DNA of 64,000 nt from positions 1,876 through 65,875 of the forward strand of contig JANMKR010000176.1 of the NCBI GenBank assembly GCA_031372145.1, given 5' to 3'. The notes under the pieces were generated by a model. It searched no databases, was not told where the DNA came from, and saw only the letters and a list, made by a program, of their open reading frames with translations. The position numbers were made by a program, and so were the translations under genes. This document shows positions 58,615-64,000 of the stretch, piece after piece (positions within the stretch are counted from its first letter, which is position 1; each line of letters begins with the position of its first letter). This stretch comes from Actinomycetota bacterium. Its GTDB lineage: Bacteria > Actinomycetota > Thermoleophilia > Miltoncostaeales > Miltoncostaeaceae.

Positions 58615-59237
58615 TCCAGGCCCTGCTCAAGTCGCGCGATCAGGGTGTCGACGCTACCGGCCAGAATCTTGTGGCTGACGCGGTTCGCGATGAGCCGCGC
58701 CGATGCGTCGAGGATCGTCTCCCGTTCGACCAGGCCGTTCTCAACCAGGGTGCGACCGGTGGCCGTCAGATCGACGATGCCGTGCGCAAGGCCGACGAGC
58801 GGCGCAACCTCGACCGAGCCGTTGACTTTGACGACGTCAACCGCGCGTCCGGTTGCCGCAAAGTGGCGGCGCGCGATCGCCGGGTATTTCGTCGCGACGC
58901 GCACCGCGCCCAGGTGCGCCAGGGCGCCCGGCGTGGGGTCCTCGCCGGCGAGCGTCGCGTAGACCATTCGGCAGTGACCGAAGTCCAGGTCCAGGAGTTC
59001 GTAGACGTCCGGCGCCGACTCCCGCAACACGTCCTTTCCCACGATGCCCAGGTCGGCGGCGCCCGCCTGGACGTAGGTCGGCACGTCGCTCGGTCGCGTC
59101 GTGATGTACCGCGTGCCGTCGGGCGCGTCGACGACCAACCGCCGTCCGGCGTCCTCCAGAGGCGACACATCCAGGCCCGCGGCACGCAGACGCGCGACCG
59201 ATCCTGCGAACAAGGCGCCCAGTGGGACGCAGATCAC
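58611..59237 (-). CDS. hisG: ATP phosphoribosyltransferase, short (HisZ-dependent) form
   Basis: GTG 59237 overlaps the hisZ stop as GTGA, giving about 208 aa. Motifs RPSDVPTYVQAGAADLGIVGKDVL and DLTATGRTLVENGL are present, and there is no C-terminal regulatory domain. The ORF-track N-terminal 173 aa is Arg-rich junk. Confidence 0.85.
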   Translation of the reverse strand: MICVPLGALFAGSVARLRAAGLDVSPLEDAGRRLVVDAPDGTRYITTRPSDVPTYVQAGAADLGIVGKDVLRESAPDVYELLDLDFGHCRMVYATLAGEDPTPGALAHLGAVRVATKYPAIARRHFAATGRAVDVVKVNGSVEVAPLVGLAHGIVDLTATGRTLVENGLVERETILDASARLIANRVSHKILAGSVDTLIARLEQGLE

Positions 59238-60493
59238 GAGCGCAGCGATCGCAGTCCCTCCATGAGGTTGGCGCACGTCACCGTGCGGCTGTCGGTCCTG
59301 TCGGCGATCGTGAATCCCGCGTCGACGCGACGAGCGACATAGCGCCACCCTTCCGCGGCGGCCAACGCGTCGGCGACCCCTGGGTGATCGGACACGCCGA
59401 CGACGACCACCCCTGCGGAGCGCAGCGCCCGTGCCGCGGCGACGTCGATCTCGATCCCGCCTGCCAGCACGACCCCGTCGATGAACTGGGCCCGCCCGTT
59501 TCGCGCGGCGATGGCCTCGTGCACGCGATCCAGCAGCACTGCGGCCCCGACCGCGGGGCGCGCCATGCCGAATCGACCGATCAGGCCGTCGTAGCGACCA
59601 CCGACCGCCACGGGACGCCCCACGCCGGGGGCATAGGCCTCGACGACGATGCCCGAGTAGTAGCCCCAGTCGCGCAACACACCGAGATCCGTCATGACGT
59701 AGTCGGCGGTCCCGTGTGCCTCGAGCAGGTCGAGGGTCGTCAGCAGCGTCTCGCATTGCGGTGCGGCCGCGGGGACGGCCACCGCCAACGCGCGCAACAC
59801 GTCGCTGCCACCGCGCACGGTCGGAAGCTCCGCCACCAGGCGGCGTGCATCGTCATCGAGCGTGAGGGATGCTGCGATGCGCCTCCAGGCCACCAGGTTG
59901 CGTGCACGGACCGCGTGCTGCAGCCGTGTCTGGTCGGATTCGGAGACGCCGACTCCGTCCAGCACCGCGCGTGTCAGCGACACGTCCCCGAGCGCCACCT
60001 TCAGATCATCGATGCCGAGCGCCGTCAGCGCTCCGACGAGCAGCGACACGACTTCGGCGTCGGCGGCGGGCCCCGACAGTCCGACAAGCTCGATCCCGGC
60101 CTGACGTTCCTCGAGCCGCTCTGCCCGTCCCGATGGCGGCGGGCGCAGACACTCGGCGATATAGGACACGCGCAACGGACCGGGGTGGTCGCCAAGCCTG
60201 CCCGCGACGAGCCGCGCGACGGGAATGGTCAGATCCGGACGCACCACGAGTACCTGCCCGTGGTCGTCGAACAACCGAAATGCCCGACCCAGGCCACCCT
60301 CTTGCGCGCGGTCCATGACGCCGGCGAATTCCAAAAGCGGTGTTCGCACCTCGCGGTAGCCGAAGCCGGCAAACGTGGCGCGCAGTGACGCTTCGATCGC
60401 CGCCAGCTCAGCCGACTCGATCGGCAACACGTCACGTGCGCCGTCGGGCAGTGGAGCGGAATCGACCAGCTCGTTTTCGGACGGCCCGGTCAA
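59234..60493 (-). CDS. hisZ: ATP phosphoribosyltransferase regulatory subunit (HisRS paralogue)
   Basis: 419 aa with a HisRS-like class II core (LPDGARDVLP..., GYREVRTPLLEF, RPDLTIPVAR). It lacks an obvious anticodon-binding tail and sits directly upstream of the short hisG. Confidence 0.85.
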   Translation of the reverse strand: MTGPSENELVDSAPLPDGARDVLPIESAELAAIEASLRATFAGFGYREVRTPLLEFAGVMDRAQEGGLGRAFRLFDDHGQVLVVRPDLTIPVARLVAGRLGDHPGPLRVSYIAECLRPPPSGRAERLEERQAGIELVGLSGPAADAEVVSLLVGALTALGIDDLKVALGDVSLTRAVLDGVGVSESDQTRLQHAVRARNLVAWRRIAASLTLDDDARRLVAELPTVRGGSDVLRALAVAVPAAAPQCETLLTTLDLLEAHGTADYVMTDLGVLRDWGYYSGIVVEAYAPGVGRPVAVGGRYDGLIGRFGMARPAVGAAVLLDRVHEAIAARNGRAQFIDGVVLAGGIEIDVAAARALRSAGVVVVGVSDHPGVADALAAAEGWRYVARRVDAGFTIADRTDSRTVTCANLMEGLRSLRS

Positions 60494-61773
60494 TCCGGCA
60501 CCCGCTCGATCGTCGCGCCCAGATCGCGCAGGCGTTCGTCAATCCGCTCATAGCCGCGATCGATCTGCCCGATGTTGCCGATCGTGCTGATGCCCTTGGC
60601 ACACAACGATGCGATCAGCATCGCCATCCCGGCCCGGATGTCTGGACTCTCCAGGCGCGCGCCGTGCAGCTGCGCCGGACCGCTGACAACGGCACGGTGC
60701 GGGTCGCACAAGACGATGCGCGCACCCATGGCGACCAGCTTGTCCACGAAGAACAGGCGGTTCTCGAACATCTTCTCGAAGATCATCACCGTTCCGTGCG
60801 CCTGCGTCGCGACTGCCGTGGCGATGCTGGTCAGGTCCGCTGGGAACGCCGGCCAGATCCCATCGTCGATCTTGGGGATGGCGTCCCCTTCGTCCGCCTC
60901 GACCCGGAGGACCTGGTCAGGAGGCACTCGGAGCGTATCGCCGTTCATCTCGACGCGGATGCCGAGGCGTGCGAACGTCACGTTGATCATGCGCAGATCC
61001 GAGGCCCGGACGTCGGTGATCGTGATGTCCGAACCCGTGACCGCGGCGAGCCCGATGAACGACGCGACCTCGATGTAGTCGGACGGAATACGGAACCGGC
61101 CACCGTGCAGCCGCTCCACACCCCGGATGCGGAGCACGTTGGTGCCGATGCCGTCGATTTGAGCGCCCAGTTGCTCCAGGAACCGTGCAGTGTCCTGCAC
61201 ATGCGGCTCGCAGGCCGCGTTCAAGATCGTGGTCTCGCCCGACGCCAGGGCGGCCGCCATCAGCGCATTCTCGGTGGCGGTCACCGACGCCTCGTCAAGG
61301 AAGATCTCGGCTCCGTGCAGACCGGTGTGGCGCATCGCAAAATCACGGTCCGACTCGATCTGCGCTCCGAGCGCCTTGAACGCCAACAGGTGCGTGTCGA
61401 TCCGTCGGCGACCGATGAAGTCGCCACCGGGCAGCGGCAAGTCCACCGTTCCACAGCGTGCGAGCAACGGGCCCGCGATCAGGAACGACGCGCGGATACG
61501 CGCGGACAGGTCGGGGTTGAGGGACGTCGTCCGGATGTCACTGGCGGTGAGCGACAACACGTGTGGCCCGAGCTCCCGAATGCTCACCCCCAGGTCGTCG
61601 AGCAGCGCGAGCATGGAGTGCACGTCCCGGATGTCCGGCACGTTCTCGAGGATCACCTCTTCGTCGGTCAGCAGGCACGCCGCAAGGATCGGCAAGGCAG
61701 CGTTCTTGTTGCCGCTGGGCGTGACTGTTCCGGACAGCGGTTTGCCGCCCTCGATGACGAAGCGCTCGGACAC
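60490..61773 (-). CDS. murA: UDP-N-acetylglucosamine 1-carboxyvinyltransferase
   Basis: 427 aa with typical MurA sequence (GNKNAALPILAA, active-site loop, GARIVLCDPHRA). Its stop overlaps the hisZ start as ATGA. Confidence 0.95.
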   Translation of the reverse strand: MSERFVIEGGKPLSGTVTPSGNKNAALPILAACLLTDEEVILENVPDIRDVHSMLALLDDLGVSIRELGPHVLSLTASDIRTTSLNPDLSARIRASFLIAGPLLARCGTVDLPLPGGDFIGRRRIDTHLLAFKALGAQIESDRDFAMRHTGLHGAEIFLDEASVTATENALMAAALASGETTILNAACEPHVQDTARFLEQLGAQIDGIGTNVLRIRGVERLHGGRFRIPSDYIEVASFIGLAAVTGSDITITDVRASDLRMINVTFARLGIRVEMNGDTLRVPPDQVLRVEADEGDAIPKIDDGIWPAFPADLTSIATAVATQAHGTVMIFEKMFENRLFFVDKLVAMGARIVLCDPHRAVVSGPAQLHGARLESPDIRAGMAMLIASLCAKGISTIGNIGQIDRGYERIDERLRDLGATIERVPD

Positions 61774-61787
61774 CGTCCGTGACGGTA

Positions 61788-62290
61788 TCAGCCGCTCAGG
61801 TCGTCGAGCGCGGCCGCAAGGCGCTGGAGGTCATCTTCGTCGGTGAAGAAGCCGGCAGAGAGCCGAAGCGCGCGCGGCTGGGCACCCAGCGACGCACGAT
61901 GCCGCGCGCCTCCAACGGCCGCTGCGACTTCCACATCGACACCGTCAAGCGTGAAATGTGCTCCGAGCAGGCACGAGCATCTCGGACAGGAATCCCAGCT
62001 CCAGCCTGCGCGCATCCGGGTGCGGCGTCACGAAACCGTCCAGCCATGGTTGGTGCCCGAGCATCCGCCACCGAACATCAGATTCACGCGCTCCAAAAAC
62101 GCCCGTGACACTCGCCCAACCCGCGGGCAAGACTGCGTCCTGGCCTCCCTCAGTCTCGCTCACCCAGAACACCGCGCTCTGGTACGCGCCTCGCAAACAC
62201 GACCCGCCGATCCCGACCGGTTGTATCCGGGCCCGGGCCGCGGTATAACCGCTGTGCGCAGGCGGAATGCTCCGCCGCAAATGTCCGCAG
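61788..62290 (-). pseudogene. Decayed 3' remnant of a class-V aminotransferase / cysteine-desulfurase-like gene
   Basis: The C-terminal signature ...PRALRLSAGFFTDEDDLQRLAAALDDLSG* lies in one frame, LEARGIV in a second, and ...ETEGGQDAVLPAGWASV...WRMLGHQPWLDGFVTPHPDA in a third. At least three frame changes are needed to link them. The N-terminal half, including the PLP-lysine region, is absent. Confidence 0.55.
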
Positions 62291-62298
62291 GAGTGCTC

Positions 62299-62562
62299 AT
62301 GAGGTTGCTTCGCATGATGCCGGGGTACGGCGAGACGCTCGTTGCCGAAGGCGACCCTGCGGTCGATGCCGACCGGGAGCACCTGGTCCGGGAGTTCCGC
62401 CGTCAGCTCGACGAGGGCATGTGGGCTGGAGTCCCGACGACGGACGCGGCCACAGGACGCCGCGAGGCGGTCCTGGTCACGAGCTTCGAGCAGGTACCGG
62501 CAACCGCCGATCGCATCCTGTTCTGGCCACGCGCCGCAGGCGGCGCACATCACGTGGCGTGA
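62299..62562 (+). CDS. Small protein (87 aa) with a MoaD/ThiS/CysO-like C-terminus ...DRILFWPRAAGG plus a 5-residue extension
   Basis: ATG 62299 has AGGAG 5 nt upstream. The sequence is MRLLRMMPGYGETLVAEGDP...REAVLVTSFEQVPATADRILFWPRAAGGAHHVA. Its stop overlaps the next start as GTGA. Confidence 0.45.
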   Translation: MRLLRMMPGYGETLVAEGDPAVDADREHLVREFRRQLDEGMWAGVPTTDAATGRREAVLVTSFEQVPATADRILFWPRAAGGAHHVA

Positions 62563-63161
62563 CCGCCCTCGCCACCGCGATCATCATCGCCCCCCTCGTG
62601 CTCGCCGCGATGTGGCTCTGTCTGAGTCCCGCGGCGATCCGACAGCGCCCGCGCAGGCGACTCGCACCGGCGTGGGCACGTGAGACTCCGGTCAGTCAGG
62701 CCGAGGCCGACCGCCGCTCCCTCGATCTGTTGCGCTCGGTTGTCAACGATGACGAATGGGCCATGTTCACCGACTTGGGGTTCCTCTGTGTCACCGGCCG
62801 CCGGTTCCGTCGCGACGGACGCGAGGCGCTCCCTCGATACCGCTACCTGATCTACCCGCATCTGCCGCTGGTCGCGTTGCTCCCGCGGTCGATGGCGCCG
62901 GTTCGCGAGTACTGCATTCAGTTCCCCGACATCGCCCTCGGCGGCCCCGACGGCCTGCTGCCGATCGGTGACGACGTGCTGGCCAAGTGGATGACGGTTC
63001 GGGCCGACGAAGACCGGCTGTTGGCGTTTGCAAACGTCTCGAACGCCGGTTGCCAGATCCCGCTCAACCAGATCGAACGGGATCTGCGCCGGTTGTCGCG
63101 GTGGCAGGTCGTGAACCAGCCGACCGAGGTCGCCGGCCCGACCATCACCGCCCGCTACTGA
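62559..63161 (+). CDS. Hypothetical membrane-anchored protein (200 aa)
   Basis: GTG 62559 is coupled to the preceding gene. The N-terminal TM helix is ALATAIIIAPLVLAAMWLCL, followed by a soluble domain (DDEWAMFTDLGFLCVTG...YRYLIYPHLPLVALLP...IGDDVLAKWMTVRADEDRLLAFANV). I recognise no family. Confidence 0.45.
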   Translation: MTALATAIIIAPLVLAAMWLCLSPAAIRQRPRRRLAPAWARETPVSQAEADRRSLDLLRSVVNDDEWAMFTDLGFLCVTGRRFRRDGREALPRYRYLIYPHLPLVALLPRSMAPVREYCIQFPDIALGGPDGLLPIGDDVLAKWMTVRADEDRLLAFANVSNAGCQIPLNQIERDLRRLSRWQVVNQPTEVAGPTITARY

Positions 63162-63173
63162 TGATCCCCGGAC

Positions 63174-63422
63174 TCAGAACGGTTCGGCGCCCGCCGTGTC
63201 GTCGTGCGGCGCCGGCAGCTCAGCGGCGGTGAGCTCATCGATACGTCCCTGCGCGGCGCTCAGCCGCTCACGGCACATGGCGAGGTACCGTTGCCCTTGT
63301 TCGAACAGCCCGACGGCCTCCTCGAGGCCGATCTCGCCGCCTTCGAGCCGGGCGACCACGTCATCCAGTCCGGCGAGCGCCTCCTCGAAGCTCAACGACG
63401 TCGTGCCATCTGTCTCGCTCAT
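63174..63422 (-). CDS. xseB: Exodeoxyribonuclease VII small subunit
   Basis: 82 aa with the typical XseB sequence [44 protein letters not shown]. Confidence 0.9.
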   Translation of the reverse strand: MSETDGTTSLSFEEALAGLDDVVARLEGGEIGLEEAVGLFEQGQRYLAMCRERLSAAQGRIDELTAAELPAPHDDTAGAEPF

Positions 63423-64000
63423 CCGCGTACCTCCACGTGAACCCGCCCGTCACGAAGTTCGATCGACAGTGCGTCACCTGCATGGGCGGCCGCGGCGTCG
63501 GTCAGGACACGATCGCCTGCAACGGTGCGAACGATGGCGTAACCACGCCCGACGGTACGTGCCGGCGACAGCAGTTCGTGCAGCGCCGCCAGGTGTTCTA
63601 CGCGCGCCCGGGTCTCGACCAACAACGTACCCGTCGCGCGCTCGAGCGCGACGCGGCGTCGCTCAAGCTCGGTGGGGGCACGCATCCGAACACCTCGCAC
63701 CGCCGCGACCAGCCGCTCGGTCAAACCGCCGACCCGCGCACCCGCAACCGATCCACGAGTCCTCAGGCCCCCACCCAGACGGAGTGTCAGATCGTCGACG
63801 CGCCGACGCCGCCGAGCAGTCGACTCACGCAACGCCCGAGTGAGCGTCACATCCGCCCGGGCAAGGTGGGCGGTGAGTTGCGTGGCATCCGGGACGACCG
63901 CTTCCGCCGCCTTCGTCGGCGTCGAGACCCGCAGATCGGCGACGAGATCGCATAGCGTCACATCCGTCTCGTGTCCCACCGCCGAGACGATCGGCGTGAC
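63419..64000 (-). CDS. xseA: Exodeoxyribonuclease VII large subunit, C-terminal part (N-terminus beyond the right edge)
   Basis: The frame is open to base 64000. ...[28 protein letters not shown]... is followed by a coiled-coil C-terminus typical of XseA. It overlaps xseB as ATGA. Confidence 0.85.
   Translation of the reverse strand, partial: VTPIVSAVGHETDVTLCDLVADLRVSTPTKAAEAVVPDATQLTAHLARADVTLTRALRESTARRRRRVDDLTLRLGGGLRTRGSVAGARVGGLTERLVAAVRGVRMRAPTELERRRVALERATGTLLVETRARVEHLAALHELLSPARTVGRGYAIVRTVAGDRVLTDAAAAHAGDALSIELRDGRVHVEVRG

Overview
Very GC-rich, gene-dense bacterial chromosome segment of about 75 supportable features, with Actinomycetota-like gene content and synteny. All homology calls are by eye from motifs in the supplied translations plus my own reading of the raw sequence; nothing was searched. 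Core blocks lie mostly on the minus strand: xseA-xseB; murA-hisZ-hisG-hisD-hisB-hisH-hisA-hisF followed by a threonine-dehydratase-like gene and ridA; CCA-type nucleotidyltransferase-pgeF-yggS-sepF-proC-yggT-DUF167-lspA-rluD; rpsB-tsf-pyrH-frr-uppS-cdsA; dxr-rseP-ispG-proS; tRNA-Pro(GGG)-pgsA-coiled coil-FHA-MerR; apt-small TM protein-beta-CASP RNase; ferritin. The left third looks more accessory. It holds a CopC-CopD fusion running off the edge, an IclR-controlled amidohydrolase/DUF59/Zn-ADH operon, and a circularly permuted ATP-grasp/alpha-E/transglutaminase operon whose transglutaminase is frameshifted. It also holds a 1006-aa multi-Ig-like secreted protein with an ECF-like sigma fused to a membrane tail plus acetyl- and glycosyltransferases, ahcY with a Cys/Met PLP enzyme, and a transporter-decarboxylase-arginase operon. 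Observations most worth follow-up: (1) an OsmC-family gene whose conserved first Cys codon is an in-frame TGA followed by a SECIS-like hairpin, so a candidate selenoprotein that the ORF track truncates; (2) a palindromic MITE/REP-like element present twice in opposite orientation, one copy filling the proC-yggT spacer exactly; (3) a tandem 47-48 nt hairpin motif between tRNA-Pro and the OsmC gene; (4) a small MoaD/ThiS-like ...GG protein coupled to a membrane protein, sitting where the 5' half of a decayed class-V aminotransferase should be; (5) a divergent 4-TM FtsH-like AAA metalloprotease with a large insertion and a coupled partner gene. No CRISPR array, transposase, integrase or recognisable defence system was seen.
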